Shown one piece after another: positions 18,427 through 25,890 of a stretch of 64,000 nucleotides of DNA. The notes beneath the pieces are model-generated. The model made no database searches, had not been told where the DNA came from, and worked only from the letters and a program-made list of their open reading frames with translations. Positions within the stretch are counted from its first letter, which is position 1. Every line of letters starts with the position of its first letter. Source of the stretch: a virus (taxonomy: Duplodnaviria; Caudoviricetes); the IMG/VR virus record IMGVR_UViG_3300022919_000005, positions 755-64,754 of that record. One strand, written 5' to 3'. Made by a program: the position numbers and the translations under genes.

Positions 18427-18749
18427 TGGCGACCTATACGATCACCGCGATCGGTCCCAACCGGACGTTCGCATGCAAGGTGGCGGGAGCCCCGAACGAC
18501 AGCCGGATCGCCAACTTCGCAGAGGCGAAGCACTGCCCGCTGGCGACGCGCTATTTCCCGAGCAAGAAGGGCTGGGTGCTGTTCGACCTGCGCACTGCGG
18601 TCAAGGTGAACATGGGCGTGCGCGGCCGGAACGTCGCCGTCTGGAAGGGCATCAAGCGCCACCCCAAACTGTTCACTACCGAGGACGCCGCGGTCATGTG
18701 GGCGATGCACAAGCTGCAGGCGAACAGTCAGCTGCCGCTTGATGGTTGA
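18423..18749 (+). CDS. array member 7
   Basis: GGAG RBS; ends KLFTTEDAAVMWAMHKLQANSQLPLDG. Confidence 0.75.
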   Translation: MMATYTITAIGPNRTFACKVAGAPNDSRIANFAEAKHCPLATRYFPSKKGWVLFDLRTAVKVNMGVRGRNVAVWKGIKRHPKLFTTEDAAVMWAMHKLQANSQLPLDG

Positions 18750-18774
18750 CCTTCGATCCATTACGTCGTAGTAT
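18746..18774 (+). promoter_or_regulatory. sigma70-like promoter
   Basis: TTGACC-17 nt-TAGTAT. Confidence 0.65.
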
Positions 18775-18803
18775 GTTATACGTTGAATAGGGAGATCACT
18801 GAC

Positions 18804-19226
18804 ATGAAGCTGTACCCCATCCCCGGAGGTCTCTGGGCCGGCACCGAGGCCGACTGGAAGAAGCAGATGAAGGCCCGCGGGCTCAACCCCAAGGACTTCG
18901 AGGCCAGTAAGACGCGCGAGGTGCCGGTCGCCAAGGCGGACCTGCTCGAGTGGCTGAACTTCTTCGCGGTCGATGTGTACCGCAACGGCGGCGCGGCCAC
19001 TACGGTGCCGGAAGCTGCCGAGCCCCCGGTCGACGTCGGCGCGCTGCGCGCCCTGCATAACCCCACGGCAGCGCAGCAGGTCGCCCAGCAGCTGCAGGAC
19101 CCCGGCGCCGACCGTGGGCCCCTCATGCTGCAGACCCTGTTCGACAACGCGCCGATCGGCGCGCAGCTGCAGCTCGCTACCGCGGCGATCGACAACGCGC
19201 TCACGCAGCTCGCGCCGCGCACCTAG
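18804..19226 (+). CDS. hypothetical protein
   Basis: GGGAG RBS; MKLYPIPGGLWAGT... Confidence 0.75.
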   Translation: MKLYPIPGGLWAGTEADWKKQMKARGLNPKDFEASKTREVPVAKADLLEWLNFFAVDVYRNGGAATTVPEAAEPPVDVGALRALHNPTAAQQVAQQLQDPGADRGPLMLQTLFDNAPIGAQLQLATAAIDNALTQLAPRT

Positions 19227-19231
19227 TCCCA

Positions 19232-19265
19232 TGTCACACTGCGCTATTGGTAGCGCAGTGTGGCA
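19232..19265 (+). other. strong intergenic hairpin without a U-tract
   Basis: TGTCACACTGCGCTA-ttgg-TAGCGCAGTGTGGCA. Confidence 0.7.
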
Positions 19266-19273
19266 CCCCAAAG

Positions 19274-19290
19274 CGTCAGATCATCTGACG
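19274..19290. repeat. 17-bp palindrome copy 12
   Basis: exact; 24 nt before ATG 19315. Confidence 0.95.
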
Positions 19291-19314
19291 GTTATCAGCA
19301 CGAAGGAAACGACA

Positions 19315-20187
19315 ATGTCCCACGCACTTATCGAACGCGCTATGGTCATGAACCTGTCGATCGGCATCTGGCAGGGCTACCGCCTCGACCGTGACGCATC
19401 GGCCAAGGTGACCACCGACGCCGGCGCCGCATCGGACGCCGCGCGCGTCAACAAGCACCTGATCCCGAAGGCGGCGCTCGCCCCGATCGTCACCGCGCAG
19501 AACGCGATCCGCGCGCACTTCTACACCAACACGCTGCCCTGGCGCGACAACGGCGATCGCCTGATGCCGCGCAAGATGTTCGAGACCTTCATCCCCAAGC
19601 ACGAGCAGCTGGTGCAGGCGTTCAAGGACGAAGTCGAGCTGTTCCTCGCCGAGAAGTACCTCGCGGCGATCGAGCAGGCCGGGTTCCGCATGGGCGCGAT
19701 GTTCAAGCGCGAGGACTATCCGCCGGCATCCGAGCTGCGCCGCAAGTTCTACGCTGACCTCGAGATCGACGCGATCACCACCGCCAACGATTTCCGGGTG
19801 CAGATCGATCAGGCCCACGTCGACAAGGTCAAGGCGGCGATGACCGCCAACGCCGAGGCGCGGCTGCAGACCGCCATGATCGATGTGTGGAAGCGCATGG
19901 CTGACGCGGTGGGCCACTTCCAGGCGAAGATGTCCGACCCCAAGGCGGTGTTCCGCGACTCGACGGTCAAGAATATCGGCGAGATGCTCGACCTGATCCC
20001 CGGCCTCAACGTGCTCGACGATCCGCAGATCGAGCAGGTGCGCGGCATGATCATGACGGCGATCGGCGGCAAGGAAGCCAAGGAAATCCGCGAGGACGCC
20101 GCGCTGCGCGGCCAGCTCGCCGGCGACGCCGCCAAGATCATGGACGTGATGGGCGGCTTCATGAAGGCATACGGGAGCAACACCTGA
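19315..20187 (+). CDS. DUF3150-like protein
   Basis: L.I..W.G...D, K.LIPK, TLPW.DNG.RL, YP...ELR.KF, LNV.DDP pattern typical of the family found with phage AAA+/vWA pairs. Confidence 0.7.
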   Translation: MSHALIERAMVMNLSIGIWQGYRLDRDASAKVTTDAGAASDAARVNKHLIPKAALAPIVTAQNAIRAHFYTNTLPWRDNGDRLMPRKMFETFIPKHEQLVQAFKDEVELFLAEKYLAAIEQAGFRMGAMFKREDYPPASELRRKFYADLEIDAITTANDFRVQIDQAHVDKVKAAMTANAEARLQTAMIDVWKRMADAVGHFQAKMSDPKAVFRDSTVKNIGEMLDLIPGLNVLDDPQIEQVRGMIMTAIGGKEAKEIREDAALRGQLAGDAAKIMDVMGGFMKAYGSNT

Positions 20188-20474
20188 TGCGGTACGTCAA
20201 CGAGCGCCTCATGGAGGAGGCGCGTCGCCGCTACGAGAGCTTCGCGCTGCGTGACAACAAGCCGCTCGACAAAGCGTGGCTCGGGCTCGGTGCCCCGTCG
20301 GTCTACAAGCCGGCGGTGGAGGCCGGGCTCATGGCTCCGCTGCACGGCAAGGCCACGCCGCGGGTGCTCAACTGGTATCTGCTCACCGAGGCCGGGGTGA
20401 AGGCGTACCGGGAGATGTTCCCTGGCTCCGAGGAGGGCACCAGCCTCAAATACCGTGACGGGAGTTTGATCTGA
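20187..20474 (+). CDS. hypothetical protein (possible winged helix)
   Basis: WYLLTEAG motif, TGATG coupling. Confidence 0.65.
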   Translation: MRYVNERLMEEARRRYESFALRDNKPLDKAWLGLGAPSVYKPAVEAGLMAPLHGKATPRVLNWYLLTEAGVKAYREMFPGSEEGTSLKYRDGSLI

Positions 20475-20722
20475 TGGCGCTCCTCATTACACGCATCAAA
20501 GCACACCCGCCGGTGGCGCACGGCTACAAGCGGGTGTACGAGCAGTGCAAGCAGTGCGAGCGGGTCTATTACCGCGATTTCGTGCCCTTCTCGCTGTCCA
20601 ACCCCATCCTGATCGCGCCGTGCGGTCACAACGTCGGGCAGCGCTGGCACGATGCGATGCACAGGGTCGAGGATCAGCTGGGCATGCGGCTCATGCTCGA
20701 TCAAATGCGGGAGGATGGCTGA
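20474..20722 (+). CDS. small Zn-binding-like protein
   Basis: CKQC...PCGH. Confidence 0.65.
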   Translation: MALLITRIKAHPPVAHGYKRVYEQCKQCERVYYRDFVPFSLSNPILIAPCGHNVGQRWHDAMHRVEDQLGMRLMLDQMREDG

Positions 20723-20916
20723 TGCCCTACGAGTGTCAGGCGGTGCTCAAAGTGCAGCGGCGCTACAAGGTGCCGATGGTGCAGAAGTGTCAGCAGATGG
20801 CGGCGCACGTCCACGGCGGCGTCTACCTCTGCGGCACACACTGGAACGTGCTGCACGATACGTCCACCAACGACGTGCTGAAGGCCGTCGTCGTCGTCCC
20901 CAAGCCGGAGATATGA
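20722..20916 (+). CDS. small Cys/His protein
   Basis: GGAGG RBS; C...C...LCGTH. Confidence 0.6.
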   Translation: MPYECQAVLKVQRRYKVPMVQKCQQMAAHVHGGVYLCGTHWNVLHDTSTNDVLKAVVVVPKPEI

Positions 20917-21224
20917 CCATGAAGAAGCTGACGATCAAGGACGGGTACTCGGTCCCGATCATCGCGACCGGGTCGGTCTACCTGACCGTCCAGACCCACG
21001 ACGGTGAGTACGTGTTCACCGTCAACGTGCAGGTGGTCGGCGACACCCGCCAGGAGCAGGAGGAGTTCATCTGCGATGCGCGGATCAAGCTCGCCGGCTA
21101 CCTCGACATGATCAATCACTCGCTCGATCTGATCAACGAGCACGACACGATCCTCGCCGGCCAGACGCAGCTCATGACCGAGCTGTTCGGCAAGATGAAG
21201 GCGCTGCGGGAGGTGCTGCCATGA
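20913..21224 (+). CDS. hypothetical protein
   Basis: GGAG RBS, ATGA coupling. Confidence 0.65.
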   Translation: MTMKKLTIKDGYSVPIIATGSVYLTVQTHDGEYVFTVNVQVVGDTRQEQEEFICDARIKLAGYLDMINHSLDLINEHDTILAGQTQLMTELFGKMKALREVLP

Positions 21225-21625
21225 TCCGGCGTGACAACGTCGAGTACCACGAGGGGGTCGCCGCCGCTAAGGCGGGCAAGACGCTCGACCACAACAAATA
21301 TACCGCCGGCGGTGAGCGCGCCGAGCGTTGGGCGCTGGGCTGGAAAGACACGCATGATCGCAATCGGCAGATGCTCACTCTCGATACCGTGATGGGGCCG
21401 CGGGAGATCGTCGCGCCCGGCGGTTCCTTCGACAAGACTGCCACCATTGCGTGGGCACGGCTGCTCACCGAAACCCGTAACAAGGACTTTAAGCGGCAGC
21501 GCGACAAGTTCATGTGTGAGGCAAAGATCGAGGTGCTTTCGATCGTGCTCGCTAACGCGGTCGGCATGGCCAGCTTTTACTGGGTGATGACCGCGCGCGA
21601 GATTGTAGCCGAGGAGCAAGCCTGA
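21221..21625 (+). CDS. hypothetical protein
   Basis: GGAGG RBS, 134 aa. Confidence 0.65.
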   Translation: MIRRDNVEYHEGVAAAKAGKTLDHNKYTAGGERAERWALGWKDTHDRNRQMLTLDTVMGPREIVAPGGSFDKTATIAWARLLTETRNKDFKRQRDKFMCEAKIEVLSIVLANAVGMASFYWVMTAREIVAEEQA

Positions 21626-21852
21626 TGGAAACCGGCCCCTGGTCGAGCGCCACCGAGCGCAAGACCACCTACGCGATCGCCGACGATCTGTCGGGGGTGA
21701 TCCCCACCTCCGATGGCTTCGGCATCTTCACCACCGAGGGGGAGGCGCTGGCGTCGCTGATCCTGCGCCTCGAGAGCGACCTCACCGAGACGCGCGCCAG
21801 CATCGCCCGCGCCAAGCGCCGCCAGCGCGCACTGAAAAGGATCACCGCATAA
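21625..21852 (+). CDS. hypothetical protein
   Basis: GAGGAG RBS, translationally coupled. Confidence 0.65.
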   Translation: METGPWSSATERKTTYAIADDLSGVIPTSDGFGIFTTEGEALASLILRLESDLTETRASIARAKRRQRALKRITA

Positions 21853-22196
21853 TGACCGACCGTCCCCGCAACGACCGGGTCCACCAGCCCCACCGCCCGC
21901 GCCCCAACGAGACGCCCCAGCAGGAGACCGATCGCGAGATGAAGGCCCGCCTGCGCCGGATCGAGACGCGGGTCACGACCATGATGGTGCGGCTGGGCAT
22001 CGACACCGAGGCCCAGAAGCCGACGTTCGATCCCGGCTCCACCCGCATCGCCGGTGGGCGGGTCACGATCCCCAGCCCGCACAGCACGACCAAGGAAATC
22101 CTCGACGCCATCCCGGCCGGCTACGAGGGCGGGCCAGTCAACGTGTTCTTCGGCACCAAACGCGTTGCGATTATAACGAAAACGGGCGCGCTCTAA
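21852..22196 (+). CDS. hypothetical protein
   Basis: TAATG coupling, 114 aa. Confidence 0.7.
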   Translation: MTDRPRNDRVHQPHRPRPNETPQQETDREMKARLRRIETRVTTMMVRLGIDTEAQKPTFDPGSTRIAGGRVTIPSPHSTTKEILDAIPAGYEGGPVNVFFGTKRVAIITKTGAL

Positions 22197-22273
22197 GGAA
22201 CTTGTGCGCCGAGCTGACGTTGACCAAATCCTCCACGCATGCGACTAGCTGACAACGCGTGGAGGGTTAATTG

Positions 22274-22906
22274 GTGGCAGATAGTAGCATCGCGGTCGCG
22301 AGCATTGCGGCTACCGCTGCCGTCGTCGGCGGCGGGCTCTGGACATTTTTGAGCAACTGGCTAAACATCGGCCAGTCGTCGCGTAAGGACGCTCTCACCC
22401 GCCTAGACGGTGAGGTTTCCAAATTGAGCGAGGAGCTGTCGACTTGTGAAGCCCGTCATGGAGTTCTTGAAACCCGACTGCGCGCCGTCGAGCAACGCAA
22501 CGGGTCGTATTTTGCCCTGTGGATCAAGGACCGACATCGCCGTCTTGTGTGGCTTAATGACAAGGCGTTCCTCACACTTTTCGCCCCTCTCGGCTATGCC
22601 CGCGACGAACTCGACGGAAAGACCTTCGCCGACCTACTCGATCCCGTCGCCGCGGCCGAGATCGAAAACCTAGACCGGGTCGCGCTCGCCCACCCAGGTG
22701 CGACGCAGTCGGTGCTGGTGCAGCTCCACCCTGATCTTCAGTTCATGGTCGTGATCAAGGTCGCGGCCATTGCCGAAAACGGTGACGTGCAGTACGAGGG
22801 CTGCGCGTATAGTCCTGGCGACCCCGACATTCGGGCAGCCAACGGCGTTCGGCGGCAGGTCGAGCAGCTGCGCCTGTCGGCGGACAACCTGATGCCAGGA
22901 GATTGA
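22274..22906 (+). CDS. membrane-anchored coiled-coil plus PAS-like domain protein (holin/antiholin candidate)
   Basis: GGAGGG RBS; N-terminal hydrophobic helix; WIKD..R...LN..AF....GY..DEL.GKT..DL....A......D..AL matches the PAS_4 pattern. Confidence 0.7.
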   Translation: MADSSIAVASIAATAAVVGGGLWTFLSNWLNIGQSSRKDALTRLDGEVSKLSEELSTCEARHGVLETRLRAVEQRNGSYFALWIKDRHRRLVWLNDKAFLTLFAPLGYARDELDGKTFADLLDPVAAAEIENLDRVALAHPGATQSVLVQLHPDLQFMVVIKVAAIAENGDVQYEGCAYSPGDPDIRAANGVRRQVEQLRLSADNLMPGD

Positions 22907-22907
22907 C

Positions 22908-23651
22908 ATGCCGGAACGCCAGCAGATCGCGGACGCCCTAGCAGCCAAGGCTCGGGAGGTCGCGTTCGGCGGCAAGCTCCTCGAGCCCGACGTGGTGCTG
23001 ATCGACAAGCTGGCCGACTCGCTGTTCTCCCGCTTCCCTGCCGCCGCCGCTGCGCCGCTGCCTGATGTGGGCACCGCAACGCCCAACCCGCTGCTCACCG
23101 TGCGCGCCGCCCACGAGCTGGTGCATCACGAGGCGATCGTGCGCGAGATGTATTACGACAGCGCCAAGCCGCCGGTGGCCACCTGGGCGATCGGCATCAC
23201 CGCCGCGTCGGGCCACAAGGTGCTGCAGTACAAGGACAACCCGCAGTCGATCGAGATGTGCCTGCGCATCTACATCTGGCTGCTCCGCCGGGTCTACATC
23301 CCCGAGGTGATGCGCGCGACCGCCGGCATGCACCTCACCGAGCAGCAGTTCGCCGCGCTCGTGTCGTTCCACTACAACACCGGCGCGATCCTCAAGACTG
23401 ACCTGATCAAGCTGCTGCGCGCTGGCAATCCACAGGCCGCGCGCAAGTTCTGGACTAGCCACTATCTCAACGGCGGCGACCTGCAGAGCCGGCGCGACAA
23501 GGAAGCCCGGCTGTTCTTCGACGGCGTGTGGGACGGCGACGGGCGCACCGCCACCGTGCTCGGCGTCAAGAAGCCCAGCTACACGCCTGACTGGGGATCG
23601 GCGAAGAAGGTTGACATTGCGGCCGATCTGGTGCGGGCGCTCGCGGCATGA
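22908..23651 (+). CDS. endolysin, GH24 phage lysozyme-like
   Basis: HEAIVREMYYDS...TWAIG catalytic E-D-T pattern, QFAALVSFHYNTG, L..RR.KE. Confidence 0.88.
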   Translation: MPERQQIADALAAKAREVAFGGKLLEPDVVLIDKLADSLFSRFPAAAAAPLPDVGTATPNPLLTVRAAHELVHHEAIVREMYYDSAKPPVATWAIGITAASGHKVLQYKDNPQSIEMCLRIYIWLLRRVYIPEVMRATAGMHLTEQQFAALVSFHYNTGAILKTDLIKLLRAGNPQAARKFWTSHYLNGGDLQSRRDKEARLFFDGVWDGDGRTATVLGVKKPSYTPDWGSAKKVDIAADLVRALAA

Positions 23652-24082
23652 ACGTGCTCGAGTACCTCGACCGGATCGGCGAGCGCCGCCTCGAGCGCAT
23701 GCGGATCGCGCCGCCCCGGCCGCGCGACACCCGCATGCTGCTCGGCGCGCTGTTCTTCATCGGCTATTACAGCTTGGTGATCATGATCATGAAGGGTCGG
23801 GAGCTGGCGCCCGACAACGCCACGCTGGTCAAGGACGCCATGCTGGTGCTCGGCCCCGTCGTGGGCATGATCGCCCAGGCGCTGTTCCGCACCGATGTGC
23901 GCGACGAGATCGCCACCAACAATACCGGCGCGGCGTTCCGCGCGCTGGGGGATCAGGCCAAGGCCACTGTCGCCGCGGCTGCCACCACCCCACCCGACGC
24001 GTCCGTTGCGGCTGCCGCCGCGGAAGTCGCCGATGCCGCAACCATGCGCGCCGATCAGATCAGGGACGAGGTCCAGCCATGA
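23648..24082 (+). CDS. putative holin (two TM helices)
   Basis: two hydrophobic segments; lies between endolysin and spanins. Confidence 0.6.
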   Translation: MNVLEYLDRIGERRLERMRIAPPRPRDTRMLLGALFFIGYYSLVIMIMKGRELAPDNATLVKDAMLVLGPVVGMIAQALFRTDVRDEIATNNTGAAFRALGDQAKATVAAAATTPPDASVAAAAAEVADAATMRADQIRDEVQP

Positions 24083-24462
24083 AGCTTCCCACCACCATCG
24101 CTCGCGAGACCGTGCTCAAGGTGATCTTCTGGATCGCGGTCGGCGGGCTCGTGTTCGCCCTCGTGCTCATTGCCCAGTGCTCGATGAACGCCGACGTCAA
24201 GACCCAGGCGGACGTCAACAAGGGGCAGGCCGGCGCGGCGCAGCAGACCGGCAAGGATGCGGTCGAGCAGCTCGGCACTACGATGTCGAACGAAATGGTC
24301 GCCGACACCACCACGAAGGAAAACGATGATGAAATCCGCAAGGCTGCTGGCTCTGACACTGCTGTCGCTCCCGATGCTCGCGCTGCCGGCCTGCGGGCTC
24401 TTTGTCGGCGCGCGTCCTTCGCTGCAAACAATCCCGCCTGCGTGCAGCAAGTACGTCCCTGA
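24079..24462 (+). CDS. i-spanin (Rz-like)
   Basis: N-terminal TM helix, helical periplasmic part, C-terminal Cys residues. Confidence 0.7.
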   Translation: MKLPTTIARETVLKVIFWIAVGGLVFALVLIAQCSMNADVKTQADVNKGQAGAAQQTGKDAVEQLGTTMSNEMVADTTTKENDDEIRKAAGSDTAVAPDARAAGLRALCRRASFAANNPACVQQVRP

Positions 24463-24673
24463 CAGCTGGCGGAAGGGCATCGCGTCGGCGAAGCTCGCCA
24501 ACGGTGGGCTCGAGATGGGCGACTGGATCGCGTTCAGCGACGCGCAGACCGGGCAGCTCGACAAGTCCAACGGCCGGCTCTCCGACGCTCTGTCGATCAT
24601 CGAGAAATGCGAGACGCGCGATGCGGCGGCGGTGGCCAAGGCGACACGGAAGAAAGTGTTGGGTATCTTCTGA
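24326..24673 (+). CDS. o-spanin (Rz1-like lipoprotein), overlapping the i-spanin
   Basis: signal peptide with lipobox LALPAC; +1 frame within the i-spanin gene; AAGGA RBS. Confidence 0.75.
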   Translation: MMKSARLLALTLLSLPMLALPACGLFVGARPSLQTIPPACSKYVPDSWRKGIASAKLANGGLEMGDWIAFSDAQTGQLDKSNGRLSDALSIIEKCETRDAAAVAKATRKKVLGIF

Positions 24674-24676
24674 TCG

Positions 24677-24704
24677 TTGACTTTGGCCAACTATCCTCTA
24701 GGTT
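24677..24704 (+). promoter_or_regulatory. sigma70-like promoter with TTGGCCAA box
   Basis: TTGACT TTGGCCAA ... TAGGTT, 16-nt spacer. Confidence 0.65.
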
Positions 24705-24732
24705 GGGGGCTCAACGCTAGGAGCCCCCACCG

Positions 24733-25008
24733 ATGACCATCTCCCCCTTCACCCCACGCGAGCAGCTGGTCGCGCGGATCGAGGCGCTCGAGGCGCAGCT
24801 GCGCAAGGATCGCGACCAGTTCCTGTTCTACGGCCGGAACCATCGCGCCAAGGCGGCTGCTGGGCCCGAGGGTTCGAGCGCCTTTGTCGATGTCGCCGAC
24901 ACCCTTGCCAAGGCCGAGACCAACGAGCGCATGGCGATCGACATCGCGAACCTGCTCAACGACGCGAAACCGTCAGATGATCTGACGCCCAGCGCGGACG
25001 TCAGTTGA
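24733..25008 (+). CDS. hypothetical protein
   Basis: AGGAG RBS, 91 aa. Confidence 0.7.
   Translation: MTISPFTPREQLVARIEALEAQLRKDRDQFLFYGRNHRAKAAAGPEGSSAFVDVADTLAKAETNERMAIDIANLLNDAKPSDDLTPSADVS
24971..24987. repeat. 17-bp palindrome copy 13 (opposite orientation, central G)
   Basis: CGTCAGATGATCTGACG. Confidence 0.9.
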
Positions 25009-25061
25009 CGAAACACAGCTATCTAACCTATGCGACGTTAGGCGTTGGTTAGGAGATAGTG

Positions 25062-25361
25062 ATGACGGCGATGTTCGAGGTGCAAACGGGGGTCCCCCTG
25101 CCGGAGATCGACCGCTCGCCGAAAGGCTCGCGGCGCAAGTATCCGGTCGAGGGCATGGAGGTCGGCGCGATGTTTTTCGTGCCGAACCGCTCGTGCAAAT
25201 CGGTGAGCGCGTATATCTCGCGGATCACCAAGGGCATCGCCGGCAAGTTCAGCGCACGCCACTGCTGGATGAAGCAGGCAAACGCATCGGCGCCGTGGGA
25301 GCTGTCCACCGAGGGCACTGACGGCGCAGTGGAAGGGACCGGAGTATGGCGACTGGAATAG
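25062..25361 (+). CDS. small putative DNA-binding protein
   Basis: AGGAG RBS; KYP...MEVG..FFVP...GVWR motif common in phages. Confidence 0.7.
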   Translation: MTAMFEVQTGVPLPEIDRSPKGSRRKYPVEGMEVGAMFFVPNRSCKSVSAYISRITKGIAGKFSARHCWMKQANASAPWELSTEGTDGAVEGTGVWRLE

Positions 25362-25681
25362 CCAGCACAGCAGGCATCGACGGCGAGGTGTGGCGCCGGC
25401 TCAAAGCCAAGTTTCTGCACCAGCAGGCGGTCGCTGCACCGTCACTGCCCCGCGGCCCCGGCGATGTGCCGCTGACGCACATCCCCTGCGGCCTCGACGT
25501 CGACAAGCACCTGTCGGATGCGGCGATCTACGGCCTGTCCGCCGCACGCATCTACCGCGCGCCAGTCGAACCGCCGCTCAAAACATTCAGCAACGCCCAG
25601 TTGATCCACGAGATGCTCGAGCGCGGCTTCGCCGTGATGAAGCTCCCGTCGGACGGCGGGCCACCAGAGAGCATCCGCTAA
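25346..25681 (+). CDS. hypothetical protein
   Basis: GGAG RBS; C-terminal QLIHEMLERGFAV. Confidence 0.6.
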   Translation: MATGIASTAGIDGEVWRRLKAKFLHQQAVAAPSLPRGPGDVPLTHIPCGLDVDKHLSDAAIYGLSAARIYRAPVEPPLKTFSNAQLIHEMLERGFAVMKLPSDGGPPESIR

Positions 25682-25890
25682 TGGGCCAGCCCACCGCTTC
25701 CGATCCTCTCGGGCAGCAGTCCGATCCCACCAGCATCGCCGACATGCTCGAGAGCGTGATCGACGCGCGGATCGCCCTGGCGACGCGCGGCCGGTCGAGC
25801 GCCCAGTTCAACGGCGTGCCGGACTTCCATCTGGTGCAGGAGCTGCTCGCTCGCGGCTGGGCCGTGTTCCGCCCGAGTGCAAACCAGTGA
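25681..25890 (+). CDS. hypothetical protein
   Basis: TAATG coupling; C-terminal HLVQELLARGWAV. Confidence 0.6.
   Translation: MGQPTASDPLGQQSDPTSIADMLESVIDARIALATRGRSSAQFNGVPDFHLVQELLARGWAVFRPSANQ

Noticed and set aside
5353-19290. Palindrome copies as a CRISPR array
   Set aside because: Spacing is irregular (hundreds to thousands of bp) with whole genes between copies. The Cas4-like gene is an ordinary phage exonuclease and no cas operon is present.
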